Notes: generated by a model not told the origin, from the sequence alone. A stretch of 59,359 nucleotides of DNA from Tubiluchus corallicola (GCA_030141605.1 JAQGDQ010001149.1:1-59359), one strand, 5' to 3'; positions 43,140-58,095 are shown, counted from the first letter of the stretch. A program made the numbers and translations.

Positions 43140-43597
43140 TGGAACCATGATAGCTCCATAGATCTCCTTTCTGAACTCCTTTCTATTTCATTTCTTTACT
43201 CTTTTTCTCTATCTTTGTCTATTATTTTATCTTAACTATTCTCTATTTTTCTATAATTCTCTCTCTTGTAAATTAAGTTGTAAACTATTCTTCAATTTTC
43301 ATGGTGGTCTTACAAGCTTTGCTTCTTGACCACCATGCAGCATCTATTTGTTGTTGACAAACTATTATGTAGTTTAGTAACTATGTTAGTACACTTCTGT
43401 TAAATTTTTGTAATTATATTTTGAATTTGTTACCTAACTATATCATGCTATAGTATACTAATGTAGTTCTGTTACAATTATTGTAACTATATTTCATTTT
43501 CCTAGTTGCAGTGCATGATAATTATAAAGATCATAACGCAAATTGTAAAGTAAAAATACATGCTGAATTGATAATAAATTACAATAAAATTACAATA
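43140..43597 (+). mobile_element. LINE-like 3' UTR remnant
   Basis: Strong hairpin CATGGTGGTC-TTACAAGC-TTT-GCTTCTT-GACCACCATG (43280-43317), AATAAA and a short ATTACA tail. Confidence 0.5.
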
Positions 43598-43989
43598 GAT
43601 AACAGCTTATAATGTCTAGGATATAACCATACAATCTCAGACGGGCACAGTGTGTTCAAATTTGCGTGGCGTGGTCAGCCTGTACAACCAGATTTCAGAA
43701 TTGCTAAATGGCAACACGTGGTCAGACGTCCATAAATCTCCGCAGAGGTCAAGCAATCGTTCAAACTGTAGGACACACATTGGTGGAGGGGAAAGATGGT
43801 CATTATCATAGCACGTAGCGTTGCTTTTGTCGCTGCAGACGTGCTAAGTTAATCCGATTAACTACAGGGATAATCTTAAATCCCACACTGCCAAATATTG
43901 TGGTTAAGCAGGTCAGAAAAATTCGGCATTAGTAAGTGAAATACAAGCAAAATATTTGCGAGAGTCGAGTGCTTCCAATGAGGAACTTA

Positions 43990-44393
43990 TAAATAAGTAC
44001 TGCTCGCAAGCTCAGAAGCTTGAGAAAGTACAAATAAGTACTGCTTGCAAACTCAGAAGCTTGAGAACGTACAAACAAGTATGGCTTGCAAGCTCAGAAG
44101 CTTGAGAACGTACAAATAAGTACTGCTTGCAAGCTCAGAAGCTTGAGAACATACAAATAAGAACTGCTCGCAAGCTCAGAAGCTTGAGAACGTACAAATA
44201 AGTACTGCTCGCAAGCTCAGAAGCTTGAGAACGTACAAATAAGTACTGCTCGTAAGCTCAGAAGCTTGAGAACGTACAAATAAGTACTGCTCGTAAACTC
44301 AGAAGCTTGAGAGCGTACAAATAAGTACTGCTCGTAAACTCAGAAGCTTGAGAACGTAGAAACAAGTACTGCTTGCAAGCTCAGAAGCTTGAG
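43990..44393. repeat. 41-bp minisatellite (AAATAAGTACTGCTCGCAAGCTCAGAAGCTTGAGAACGTAC), ~10 copies
   Basis: Tandem units. Confidence 0.95.
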
Positions 44394-44639
44394 ATCAAAT
44401 GTGCAGAAATTAGAATCATTAGGGCTGTTCATGGGCGGGCTGAATATGCTCTCTACGCAATTATAATGCATCTTTACTGGATTTCCTTTTCCTAGCCCAT
44501 TAGACTTCTCAACACAAAGCACAGGAAGCATTGAGGAGCAATTCAACAGTTGCTTATGACTCATTACTTTGTCTATGATCAGTGTGAAAGAGTCTGTGTT
44601 TTATTAAAATACACAGGAAAGATGCAAGCAGCAATCCAC

Positions 44640-45270
44640 GCATTACATGTACGTTGTACAAACCAAACATTACATGCACGTTGTGCAAATCAAGCAGTAC
44701 ATGTACGTTGCACAAACCAAGCAGTACCTGTACGTTGTACAAACCAAGCCGTATCTGTACGTTGTACAAACCAAGCAGTACATGTACATTGTACAAACCA
44801 AGCAGTACATGTACGTTGCACAAACCAAGCAGTACCTGTACGTTGTACAAACCAAGCATTACATGCACGTTGTACAAACCAAGCAGTACATGCACGTTGT
44901 ATAAACCAAGCAGTACATGTACGTTGTACAAACCAAGCAGTACATGCACGTTGTACAAACCAAGCAGTACATGTACAATGTACAAACCAAACATTACACG
45001 CACGTTGTACAAACCAGGCAGTATATGTACTTTATACAAACCAAGCAGAGCCTGTACGTTGTACAAACCAAGCAGTATATGTACTTTGTACTAACCAAAC
45101 AGTATATGTACGTTGCACAAACCAATCAGTACATGTACTTTGTACAAACCAAGCAGAGCCTGTACGTTGTACAAACCAAGCAGTACATGTACTTTATACA
45201 AACCAATCAGTACATGTACTTTGTACAAACCAAGCAGTACATGTATTTTGTACAAACCAAGCAGTACCTG
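44640..45270. repeat. 27-bp minisatellite (GTACATGTACGTTGTACAAACCAAGCA), ~23 copies
   Basis: Tandem units; open in several frames. Confidence 0.95.
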
Positions 45271-45289
45271 CGCACATCTTAGCACACGT

Positions 45290-45420
45290 TAAAAATGGCA
45301 CAAGTAAGATGAAACAGGTAAAAACGACCCAGGTAAAATTGGTTCAAGTAAAAACGATACAGGTAAAAATGGCACAGGTAAAAATGACACAGGTAAAATG
45401 ACACAGATAAAAATGATACA
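45290..45420. repeat. ~15-bp degenerate repeat (AAAAATGGCACAGGT)
   Basis: About 9 units visible. Confidence 0.8.
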
Positions 45421-45711
45421 GCGGTAAACTTGAAATTTGAATTTTTATCTTAAAACTTGCTTAGTTTTACTACAAAACACTGTACATTACACAATAGCAC
45501 TGCACTTCAATTTTCGCTTTTGCAAACACGTGCAACACGCTCGCAGATTATTTTTGATGTTGGAAATTATGTTAGTTTGTCATGTCTTCAAAAGTTTTTA
45601 ATATATTATTTAATTAACAGAAACGCTTTTGTAGTATTAATTGTGTTAAAATGTATACTTTTTATCTGACTTGAAAATGGAGTAGTATACGAAAAATCAT
45701 CCTGTCTTTCT
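45419..45711 (+). mobile_element. Family A right-half fragment
   Basis: Matches 37850-38159; ends ATCCTGTCTTTCT|TTAA. Confidence 0.75.
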
Positions 45712-46745
45712 TTAAGCGAAAATGCATTTTCGAGAAATTATTAATAAAAAAATCAAATAAGAAAAACGCGAACCACCGTCACACCGCGTAAAAGCGTCCA
45801 GTATGCATCTGCTAATCTGCCCAGAGGCTGTCAGAATGCTCAGGTACATGCAACAACTATATAAACCCACCATGAGGCAATTAAACTGTCCCGACAAGCC
45901 CATAATGAGAATTTAATGTTCGGTGGAGGGATGCAGGACTGTCGAACGCTACAATGAATGAATTGTAGCAAACGCGGCAATAAAAATACTCATAAAACTT
46001 ATAAACGTGTTGAGCTTGGCCTCAAAAAACTTCCAGCGAAACTAATTGTCGACTTGCAGCGAAACACTGAGCCAGGAAATTAAAAACGATTGGGCGAATG
46101 CTCACCAGGCTTTCCTACTCGAAAAATATGACTTTCTTTATCTCGACTTTCTGCAGAGATTTTTTTACACTGAACACGAAAAATTTTTGACATTACCACG
46201 TTAATGCAAAATGTCGTTTTTCATGAATCTCTGCTTAATTTTCAGCAGTGAGTTCAATTACCTGCAAATAACGTAGCACACCTGTTGATTTACCTGTCTT
46301 AACTTCCTGTCTGGTATCTTAAAGGGATAATTTAATTTAAAGTGCCTCTCGTCTATCATTCACAGCAAGTTACTGAGAATCCATGTCGGTTGTTTCACGA
46401 GAGTAACTCTCGGTTTTTGTTCCGTTGTACCAGTTGTTCCAAAAAAAGATGATAACTATACTAAATAGTGTTACTTTTTATTATTCGTATTTGTACCGTT
46501 TCTTTACTTTAACGAAGTGCGTTTAATGAAGTAATTTTAATAGGTCTAGGTTTAAATGTTGGATTTAATTACTTTAAATTTTTAAATGAACATTATTTTG
46601 CTGCTAAGCTTTGAAAAAACGCCACAGAAGAAGTTAATTCAAGAATGAACGTTTACACACAAGTTTAGTGGAAAAAATTTCGATCTGACGTAATATCAGA
46701 ATTTGTTTCAAATGTTCCTTCCTATTTTTTTCTTTTTTGCCTTAA

Positions 46746-47350
46746 AGGAAGACAGGATGATTTTTCATATACTACCCCATTGTCAAGTCTGGTAAAAAGT
46801 ATACATTTTAACACGATTACTACTGCAAAAGCGTTTCTGATAATTAAATAATAGATAAAAAAACTTAGTTAATGCTGGGCGAGCACAACTTTTGAAGACA
46901 TCACAAACCAACGTAATTTTCAACAGCAAAAATATTCCACAAGCGTGTTGCACGTGTTTGCGAAAGCGGAAATTGAAGTACAGTGCTATTGTAAAATATA
47001 CAGTGTTTTGTACTAAAACTAGCAAGTTTTAAGATAAAAATTCAAATTTCAAGTTTAGTGCTGTGCTCACACATGAATTGTCGAACGTGTGCAGTTCGTC
47101 ACAAACTAACACATCTGAACTGAAACATATAGCACCTGTTTTTTTGTGTAAATGCGTTTCCGAAATGCAGGCGCTAGTGCCCATCTAACTAGCGAATGGC
47201 GAAATACAAGTAAGAGCGAAGAACTAGTGGCGCAAATGTGAAATTGTGCGTGTGTGCTAATAATTCTTTTGAAAAAAATAGTATGTTTCCTTTCAATGTT
47301 TTAAAGAGTAGATTGTTTGACCTACAGTTTAAGATTGGGTCCGGTTTTGT
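46746..47350 (-). mobile_element. Family A element, full length (~605 bp), TTAA at both ends
   Basis: TTAA|AGGAAGACAGGATG ... GGGTCCGGTTTTGT|TTAA. Confidence 0.85.
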
Positions 47351-48249
47351 TTAAACATCTCTGTAGATATGTTAGACACGTCAAGACGTTTGTCTATTTA
47401 AGTAAAATCACTGTCAATAGATGGCGCAAATTCAAATTTAACGTTTAAATTATTTTTTATGCTAATATTTAAAAAATTATTACTTATTGTCACTTAAAAC
47501 CGGTACAAAGTATATGACCTTATGCAAAAAACTTAAATATTTCATTCTTAGAAATATGTTATTATATCTTGGAGAAGAAAAAGCCTAGCAGTCGTGTATT
47601 ATCATGTTACGTCTCAAATTCATTAATAAATATACTAGCAAACTAAATCTCATTATAGCCTCGAGGGGGGCACATTTTTGCTAGTAAACTGACAGTGCTC
47701 TTACAGCTATTACACTTATAAGCAGAATCAATGAAACTCAACTTTGAATCAATCAACCGCCTGTCATGTCTATTTCTGAGGTTTAAAAATCTAGTTGACG
47801 TCTGTTGTGGAATTTTTCGTGCACGTTTTTTTAACACGAGGAAGACGCACACGCCATGCACATGTCCTGGCTTACAGCGGTGCCTATAAACGGTGTTTAT
47901 CAACATTAAGCTCTCCCAGCAAAACACATGCAATAATTGGCAGATGATTTCAAGGGACGTCTGTCTTACACGGGCTGCCGGCATAGGACGAAATTTCACA
48001 CGCCAGTTGAGTAAGTGGTCAAGTGCAGTTCTGTGCAAGACAGTTGAGTAAACTGGTCAAGAGCAGTTTTGTGGACGGCTGTGCACGGCAGATGAGTAAC
48101 TGCTCAACAGTAGTACTGTGCACAGCAGATGAATAAGAGGTCCAACTGCAGTACTGAGTACGGCATTTGAGTAACTGGTAAACTGCAGTATTCAACAGTA
48201 GTTTCTCATGTTTGAGCAGTGCTAACGCTCTGAATTCGAGCACAAAATT

Positions 48250-48667
48250 ACTCACTTTAAGGTCTCACCTTACTCATTTCGAGTACTTTGTCACTTTAAG
48301 GTCACCTTACTCATTTCGAGTACTTTGTCGCTTTAGGGGTCACCTTACTCATTTCGAGTACTTTGTCACTTTAAGGTCACCTTATTCATTTCGAGCACTT
48401 TGTCACTTTAAGGTCACCTTATTCATTTCGAGTACTTTGTCACTTTAAGGTCACCTTACTCATTTCGAGTACTTTGTCGCTTTAGGGGTCACCTTATTCA
48501 TTTCGAGCACTTTGTCACTTTAAGGTCACCTTATTCATTTCGAGCACTTTGTCACTTTAAGGTCACCTTATTCATTTCGAGAACTTTGTCACTTTAAGGT
48601 CACCTTACTCATTTCGAGTACTTTGTCACTTTAAGGTCACCTTACTCATTTCGAGTACTTTGTCACA
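48250..48667. repeat. 37-bp minisatellite (TCACTTTAAGGTCACCTTACTCATTTCGAGTACTTTG), ~11 copies
   Basis: Tandem units; preceded by a more degenerate repeat at 48005-48190. Confidence 0.95.
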
Positions 48668-49055
48668 TAATATAAGCCTGGACAACAACGTACTCAATCT
48701 AAGCACTAGATTACTCACATTAATTAAGCACAAATTTATTCGATTTGTGCCCCGCTGTTGCTAGTTACTCAGTTTTAACACACAACAGTGAACTCAGCAG
48801 TTCTTATTTCATTCAGCACTCTTATATAGCAATTTATGAGTCCCCAATTTTGGTTGAACGACATTTACTAATTTCCGTTTCTTATGCACTTGCACAGTTT
48901 TCGGTAAATGGGTCTATTAAGAAACAGCCATAACTGTAATAACCGCATTAACCTACTTTATAAGAATCACAGCTGGAAACTGCTGAAAAAAACACGTCTT
49001 ATCGCTCCCGGCTGCAAGACGTGACAGAAAAAAATCCAGAAAAAACTACTCTTTA

Positions 49056-49592
49056 AGGAAAAGGCAAGCCTTCTGGGAAGTTAAGCTTATTTCAATGTTC
49101 GCGAAAGATGTTAGAAGGATTTAGTAATAAAAGTGTGATTAGCGACTCGTGTAATTAGTAAAATCATTTTACGCTTGGCCGCTCCCATTTTGAATGCCAA
49201 TTCTTCCACCAATGACGTCATTCCTCGGCTGAAAAAAGGCAGCGCACCGTCAATTTCCGTCAAAAGTATAAACATGTGCTTACAAGAAATTACACGGCTA
49301 ATTTTGTGATATTTTTGCATGAACACCAAATAATCTGCAGAAATTTAGAATTAGTTTAAACAGTGCGCGCCTACGGAAAAACACGATGCCGTTACGAAAA
49401 ATCACGAAGTCCACCAATTACGTCATAATTTTCAACTAAATACCACCACGCCTGAAAATTTCTATATAGCGATAGTATAAGTTAAATGTATGTTTTGCAA
49501 ACAGTTTTTTGTTCATTTCTTTGTTGTCTTTTTCCAAGTTTTAGTGAAAATAGTAAAATAAACTCAACATGCTAAGTGAGTTATCTTTTCCT
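49056..49592 (+). mobile_element. Family B element
   Basis: AGGAAAAGGCAAG ... GTTATCTTTTCCT termini. Confidence 0.8.
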
Positions 49593-49605
49593 TTAGACAA
49601 AAGTA

Positions 49606-49707
<102 letters not shown>

Positions 49708-50984
49708 ACTCTTTTATTAACCTCTTTTTGCAGGTATACAATGAATCATTTCAATCTAATACATCCAATTATTAGAATACAATTATACATAATGACACAG
49801 GTAACAAAAGTACAACTAGATCCAAAAACAAGTCACAGAAAAATACATTATGAATAATTGTAGACAATGGTAAGAACAAGTTGACACACAATACTCAGAT
49901 GTTGTTTGTACATATAATACAAGAAAAATAATTACACAAAATACAACATTCACGTACAAACTATATAAATAATCACAACTAGAATTAGTAGCAACTATGG
50001 TTCAGAAAGTTTACCCATATTTATGTTAAACTTACTCTGTATCGTTATAATTATAATAAAATATATAAATTTATTTATCTTACTGTTTTTACACACTGTA
50101 TTTTCTCAGCTAACCCGAATAATTAAAACTACATTAGATTTTAGTAAATAATATCTTTCACCACTTGTATAAATTTATGACAAACTTAATGCGGTTCTTT
50201 TAAAGTAAATCTCTCTTAATTCCCGGTTGGGCAGAACATCGATGAGATTTTTTCTGGCTTCTTGGCCAACTAAACTACAATTAAAGCGTAGATGGTCAGA
50301 AGTTTGTGCTTCCCCCACTATGACATGCGCATTCATTTGTGGCTGCTTCCAAAAGTGAGAGAAATCATAAGATATTCTCCAAGCTTCTTTGCATTATCAC
50401 TCCCCACAGATGCGCATGAACGGCAGCAAAATTAATAAAATAACCATAAACCAAGATTGAAATTTTTAAACTGCTAATCATTTGCAAGAAATCGACCGGT
50501 TTTACGATCGAATTTGCATAATTTAGCTAATTTTGTATAATTAAGTAGCGCTCGGCTGAACAGTGGTTGAAGACAAAAAATACGAGTCTTTGTCTGGCGA
50601 AATTTAAGGACCATAAATGTCCATGCGGGTCCACTTGTTTGATGATTTAAGACCGTGTTATCAGTTCCTGGGATATTTGCTCGAAACAGACGTCATTATG
50701 AATCAGCGGGAAGCAGTGCATTCTGGGACGGGAAGAAGTGTATTTCAGTTCGTATAATTCCACATTTGGTTGTGCGCGCCTTGCAACCCGGTCATAAATC
50801 TGGCAGCACCAACGCAAATTACCCAGAGCCATAAAATGGACAGTTCTCAGGGGGCCACTTTGTGGTTGCTTGCAAACCTGTGTGCGTGTTTACTATAAGT
50901 ATACAATGAAATACTAACTACCGGACTGAAAGTGTCACAACAATAAATTTCTACGTAGGTCCTTGCACCCAAACAACAAAGGAC

Positions 50985-51113
50985 GTTATTATTGTTATTA
51001 TAATTCTTTAATTTAAAAACTATGTACAAAATACATTCCCTGTATTTGTAGGGATATGTTTAACATTTCTGAAAGCATTTACTACGTAGTAAGCATATTA
51101 ACACACACACGCA

Positions 51114-51145
<32 letters not shown>

Positions 51146-51173
51146 AACACACCTACACACACACACACGCACA

Positions 51174-51247
<74 letters not shown>

Positions 51248-51492
51248 ATTTAAAATCTGACGCATAAGACACAATGAACAACAACCATCATACACAATAG
51301 ACATAGTTACAAATTATAATCCATCACAACATACATACATAATAAAACATAACGAACATATTTTAATACATAGTAATAAAAATCTACACGCATTACACAC
51401 AACGAAAAACAGCGAGTACAATTATAATAAACATAATTACCAATTCTAGTGCAACACATAATCATAAATAAAAACAAAACAGCATATAGAAA
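50985..51492 (-). mobile_element. Family C retroposon 3' end containing a (CA)n/(GCAC)n tract
   Basis: Homologous to 35500-35885; minus strand ends ATTAAAGAATTATAATAACAATAATAA. Confidence 0.7.
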
Positions 51493-52133
51493 AAGTAAAC
51501 ACCTGCTCCAAATAGAATTCTGTCCAAGAATTCTACTGCCTCGGCAAATTTTTGTCGCCTCAACTGTCCGTTGGACTGCTAGACGCCTCGGATCGAAGCC
51601 AGCGTACACAAAGCCATCCTTGAATCCACACACCCAAGCACAGACAATCCTGTTATGTGTAAAATGAAGCTTGAGTACTGACAAATCAATTCTATTAGCA
51701 GAGATGAAATTGATGTCTGACCCAGCTGGAAAGCAAATGAATTGAAAGCAAGAAAAGACCACTGCTGTTATAGTCTAGGCATGCGACGTTAATCAACTCA
51801 ATCAACCGTGACAAGTTAAACGTCTTTTATTGACGGGCAGACAGACAGACAAACGGACGGACAGCATTTGAATGCCAACACAAAATGACAAACTGGAAAA
51901 TTTTCTTTAAAAGATGTAATCGTTGTCGCAAATGGCCGTAATCGCCAGCAAAACGAAATGTCTGCTGAAATGTGGTCTTTTTTCCATTAAAGGCCAGAAG
52001 GAGTCAACGCTAGAACGCAAGCAAGACGTTTAATGTTAAACTTTAAAAAGTTCGTTGCTTCGAAATTCATATCAAAACTTATATACACGTGTACAATCCT
52101 ATCGTTAATTAAAGAACAAGCAATCTAAAACAA

Positions 52134-52572
52134 ATTAGGACAAATACCCACTATGGAACGAACTCTGTAATCAAACAAGCAATTCTACTTTGGAATTCTC
52201 TACCATTACAGGTTAAACAAATCAAGTCCCTATCAGCATTTAAAACAAAATTAAAATCACTAATATTAACCAGATATGAAATACCATCACACCAGTACGA
52301 CAACATTCACACTAATTCAGAATTTATATATCCACGGCCATATTAATTAAATCATAGTTTTTTATTTTTTTGTGCATAGTTGTAAATATGTTTGATTTTA
52401 TTCGTCGTTACTTTCCATTACTGCACAGTAGTTTAGATTGCACTGACGCATTTGCCTTTAGCAGTGTAAGTTTTTGTTAACTAACACTGATTGATCATCT
52501 CTGTAAAGTTTTTACCAGTGATTTTCAATGTATTTTAATGGCAAATAAAGATTATTACGTACATACATACAA
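52134..52572 (+). mobile_element. 5'-truncated LINE (L2/Crack-like), ORF2 C-terminus plus 3' UTR
   Basis: Frame reads THYGTNSVIKQAILLWNSLPLQVKQIKSLSAFKTKLKSLILTRY; AATAAA near 52544 and a short (TACA)n tail. Confidence 0.75.
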
Positions 52573-53035
52573 ACAGATCATGCGCACTTGACTATCACGA
52601 AGATGAAGGAGACTCAGTAATGTGGATGGTGTTAATGACACGTAAGGTCAGTACTTAACTTAAATTGAATGCTCTTTTAGACTCATGTTCTGAAAAAATT
52701 GTTAGAGCAACAATGAAGTGGAGATGTTTCCACTGCATCGTAACGGCGTTGTGACGTCACGGTGACGTCATAAATGAAGAAGAATGACATTTTTCTCGGA
52801 ATCCTCTGAGCACTTTCTTACCAGTAAATAATACAAACGACTGTTTGGTTCAGTTCAATATGACAGACACCATCTTGGATTTATGCGCCTGTCTCAAAGG
52901 TTTCAAAGGCGATTTTGGCCGATTTTTTGTTGTGGACGCTTGACCACATTCTAATAGAATCTGAGAAGAAAACAACGTCTATTGCAATTTGGTCTGGTAC
53001 CCCTTACTAAACGCTATCTTTGCCTACCTAATACT

Positions 53036-53571
53036 AAGATATACCATTAGATATACCAGTCAGTAAATATGACAGATTTATAGAAACAAGTGCGTTGGCT
53101 CTTCTACTTGGAAGAGGTTGCAAATCATTTAAATACAGGATAGGTATAACTGATTCAGATCTGTGTGTTTGCGGTTTGGGCAGTCAAACCCCAGAACATT
53201 TAATTTTTCATTGTCCGTTACCATTGGTGGTTAGACAAGATATGAGTAAATCTCGAACCCAGCTTAGAAAATAATGACATTCGAAACATTTACAGAAAGA
53301 GCGGCACTAATGTAATTAAAATGTATATAGATATTGTAAAAGAACTAACCCAAAATGATCTTATAGTAAATTGATTATACAGTGATTACAAATATTGGGT
53401 ATATATTTAGAACAAGTAAATCGTAATGCAAAATTGTCAGCTTGGTTAGCAAGAAATTTATTTAATGTACATAGTGTATAGACTTATTTAACATTTTTGT
53501 ACTTTTGTGCCCTGCAAATAGAGGGCTTCTTGTATAATTTTCAATAAAGATTTTTAATAATAATTAATAAC
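53036..53571 (+). mobile_element. 5'-truncated non-LTR retrotransposon with ORF2 CCHC zinc knuckle, 10-bp TSD
   Basis: ACCTAATACT at 53026-53035 and 53572-53581; frame from 53041 reads ...FKYRIGITDSDLCVCGLGSQTPEHLIFHCP (CxCx8Hx4C); AATAAA and a (TAA) tail. Confidence 0.85.
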
Positions 53572-54136
53572 ACCTAATACTGAAGTTCAAAAGAAACGTA
53601 AGCCCTATGATCGAAAATTACAGGCTTATTTTGATTAATGATGTTTTTACAAGTTCATAACAACAGGCGCGTATGAAAATGAAAATTCATTTTTGAGAAA
53701 CGTCATATTATTCCTCTCCTAACTATTACCAGCTATGAAAGTAAAGTGGGAAAATACAGCGACGGATAAGCGCACATTCGTAAGCCAGTGCACACGTCGG
53801 TAATGCCCGAAACCCGGATTTTCGTCTCCCACAGTCCCGGTCCACGTCTGTGTAACACGTGCCGCGTGGAGACATGAAAGCTTCGATTGAGCTGCATTTG
53901 ACTAATTCACGTCTCCCACAGCGATCTGAAGAACTACCGATATCTATGGAAACTCATCGATTATTGCAAATATCAATTCTGTTATCAAACAGCGCTAAGC
54001 TTCAGGTGTATTTGCTCAACTAATATTTACCTTGTACAAGTTTTTGACGGATATAGTGTGTCTCCGTGGGAGAAACAATGAGAGTTTTGAGACTCCAAAT
54101 GCTCCAAAATGAATACATAACAATACTGTAAACTGC

Positions 54137-54655
<519 letters not shown>

Positions 54656-55254
54656 TCGTAGAAATAAAAGCAAAGAGAAACAGCTGAGTTGCTAGCCAAG
54701 TGATTCAATGTTTTCTTCCAGTAGCATTTTTCGTGCAGAGCTTATAACTTATACACATTATGACGGCGTAATGAATCAGTCAGCAACAAAAGAAGCCAGT
54801 TGAATATAAGAAACGCTAGCAGTAATCAGAGCGAAAGAAGCCTTTATCTGTAAAACAACAAGATAAGAAATCAGCGATGAAGCCAAGCCATTCAACCGGA
54901 CATAATATGATGATCAACTCTCAACCGAGTGTCATTAGTTTATTAAGCAGTAACGGAGACTAGATACTGGACCAGAGTACATGTATCAGTCACACATTAG
55001 CCCATTGACTGCCAGGATACGCTTACGCGGTTTTCATAATTAATAGAAAACGTCAAAAATTGAAGATTGCGTGCCTAGGAGGTTGATCAAAGTAAAATGG
55101 CGGCAGACTTTGTGTTCCACAGCCTCCCGGTAGGCAAGTGGTCTAGTCATCAGCAATAACGAGGCACTCAAGCTTTTGTCTGAGTGGTGATTGAGAGCAT
55201 AAAGCATAGCTGCATAGTGTACCATTATAACAAGGTGCTCATTACCTGACACTT

Positions 55255-55644
55255 GAAAAAAGGTGCGGGAAAAAAGCCAGAGGTTAAAAAAGGTGCAAGA
55301 AAAACACCAGAGGTAAGAAAAACGTATAGAAAAAAACAGAGGTAAAAAGGGTATAGGAAAAAAGTCAGATGTAAAAAAAGGTGCAGGTAAAAAAAGCCAG
55401 GGGTGAAAAAAGGTATAGGAAAAAAGCCAGAGGTGAAAAGGTATAGGAAGAAAAGCAGAGGTAAAAAAGGTATAGGGAAAAAGCCAGAGGTAAAAAGGTA
55501 TAGGAAGAAAAGCAGAGGTAAAAAAGGTATAGGGAAAAAGCCAGAGGTAAAAAGGTATAGGACGAAAGCAGAGGTAAAAAAGGTATAGGAAGAAAAGCAG
55601 AGGTAAAAAAAGGTATAGGAAAAAAAGCAGAGGTAAAAAAGGTA
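55255..55644. repeat. ~29-bp purine-rich minisatellite (GAAAAAGCCAGAGGTAAAAAAGGTATAG), ~13 copies
   Basis: Tandem degenerate units. Confidence 0.85.
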
Positions 55645-56708
55645 CTGCGTCATTAAAGCTTGGAGGTGAAACTGGTGACTTAATGTATTAACATAAAAAG
55701 ATTACATATAGTGCTTCTGGGGCAACTGATGTGTTGCAGTTTTAAATTCTCTATATATTTTTATTATATTTTTTACATATTTGTAGCTCTTTTAATAGTG
55801 CAATGGCAAGTAATGTAATATTACATTGTAGTGTTCTTTCATTTTTAGTGTAAATTTTTAAGTTTCTATAGCATTTTCTATGTGCTGAAACAAAATTTAA
55901 TAAAAAATACGTAATTAGGTTTGGACTTGATTAGCATGAAGCGATGCATTAAAATTAACGAACTATGGCAAAAAGGGCAAGTCGTGAGGCGTGCATCCAC
56001 ATCAGTATTTTAAAGGTGTGCAAGACACCTGAAATGCTCAATCGTCAAGGCAGCTCCAGGCATTATCCATGATAAACCTGTACATCTTAGCACCTGTAAT
56101 TACAGTACGATGGTATACCTAGAATCGCCCGACATTTCGTGTGTGGCTATCGTACACCAGCTTAGGTAAAGAGTTAACCAGACATGTTGTTTTCTGGAAC
56201 AACAAGACTCTTTGTACCGCAGACAGCAGTGATCAATGATAAAAAAGATGATGCTACGATGATAGTAATTACAGTTTGGTCCTCTGAGACTGGAGAAGAA
56301 TGGAGTATTTTTATTACCCTCTGTCAAAACATTCGGCGCGTCTGCCATTGGCCAACTGTCAATTCCGGACTTGAGTCTTTTCACTTAGCTGCCAATGTTA
56401 TTACAGGAACCCGGGCAAACAATGGACAGGGCAGAAAGCATTTTAATAACCGCAAAAGCCGCAGTTACCATCTGTTGACTTTAGAAATTACTCGCCGTCA
56501 AAACGAGAGCCACGTCATGAATCAGCTCGGTAATAAAAATTGATATTAAAGACGCAATCGGAAGTGGCTATCGATGACACTCCACTGCTCGCCCAGAGAG
56601 CATCAGTAGAGATGAGACATTATTACACATTAACTTGAGATTGTAATGCGCTGGTAGGCTGCTGCAATACTAGTATTTAGCCAGAGGAAAATTGGCCCAA
56701 CAAAAAAG

Positions 56709-57126
56709 ATGGCAATGATGAAGATGATGATGATAATGATGATGATGATGGTTGTGATGATGATGATGATGTTGTTGTTGTTGATGTTGATGTTGATGTT
56801 GATAATGACGATGATGATGATGATGAAGATGGTGATGATGATGATGATGATGATCGTTATGATGATGATGATGTTGTTGTTGTTGTTGTTGTTGTTGATG
56901 ATGATGATGATGTTGATGTTGATAATGCCGATGTAATCATCGTAATACGATGGTGATGATGACGTTGTTGTTGTTGCTGATGTTGATAATGACTATGACA
57001 ATAATGATGATGATGATGATGATGGCTATGACGACGACGATGATAATGATGAAGATGACCGATAATAATCATGTTGATGATAATTACAATGACAATCAAG
57101 ATCATACGATGATGCCATGACGATGA
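56709..57126. repeat. Degenerate (GAT)n/(GTT)n trinucleotide tract
   Basis: Directly visible. Confidence 0.9.
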
Positions 57127-57136
57127 GCATGGACAA

Positions 57137-58041
57137 AGTGGGTATTTGTCCTAATTTGTTTTAGATTGCTTGTTCTTTAATTAACGATAGGATTGTACAC
57201 GTGTATATAAGTTTTGATATGAATTTCGAAGCAACGAACTTTTTAAAGTTTAACATTAAACGTCTTGCTTGCGTTCTAGCGTTGACTCCTTCTGGCCTTT
57301 AATGGAAAAAAGACCACATTTCAGCAGACATTTCGTTTTGCTGGCGATTACGGCCATTTGCGACAACGATTACATCTTTTAAAGAAAATTTTCCAGTTTG
57401 TCATTTTGTGTTGGCATTCAAATGCTGTCCGTCCGTTTGTCTGTCTGTCTGCCCGTCAATAAAAGACGTTTAACTTGTCACGGTTGATTGAGTTGATTAA
57501 CGTCGCATGCCTAGACTATAACAGCAGTGGTCTTTTCTTGCTTTCAATTCATTTGCTTTCCAGCTGGGTCAGACATCAATTTCATCTCTGCTAATAGAAT
57601 TGATTTGTCAGTACTCAAGCTTCATTTTACACATAACAGGATTGTCTGTGCTTGGGTGTGTGGATTCAAGGATGGCTTTGTGTACGCTGGCTTCGATCCG
57701 AGGCGTCTAGCAGTCCAACGGACAGTTGAGGCGACAAAAATTTGCCGAGGCAGTAGAATTCTTGGACAGAATTCTATTTGGAGCAGGTGTTTACTTTTTC
57801 TATATGCTGTTTTGTTTTTATTTATGATTATGTGTTGCACTAGAATTGGTAATTATGTTTATTATAATTGTACTCGCTGTTTTTCGTTGTGTGTAATGCG
57901 TGTAGATTTTTATTACTATGTATTAAAATATGTTCGTTATGTTTTATTATGTATGTATGTTGTGATGGATTATAATTTGTAACTATGTCTATTGTGTATG
58001 ATGGTTGTTGTTCATTGTGTCTTATGCGTCAGATTTTAAAT

Positions 58042-58095
<54 letters not shown>
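57137..58095 (-). repeat. Inverted copy of ~51194-52152
   Basis: Reverse complement with no mismatch seen; the identical 151-aa and 72-aa ORFs recur on the opposite strand. Confidence 0.95.

Noticed and set aside
44550-45401. 283-aa Cys/His-rich repeat ORF (RCTNQAVHV)n
   Set aside because: It coincides with a 27-bp minisatellite that is open in several frames on both strands; non-ATG start and no splice context.
51307-51762. 151-aa ORF present three times (also 57527-57982, 58514-58969)
   Set aside because: The recurrence is due to the DNA triplication; it has a GTG start, spans a retroposon 3' UTR boundary and shows no recognisable domain.
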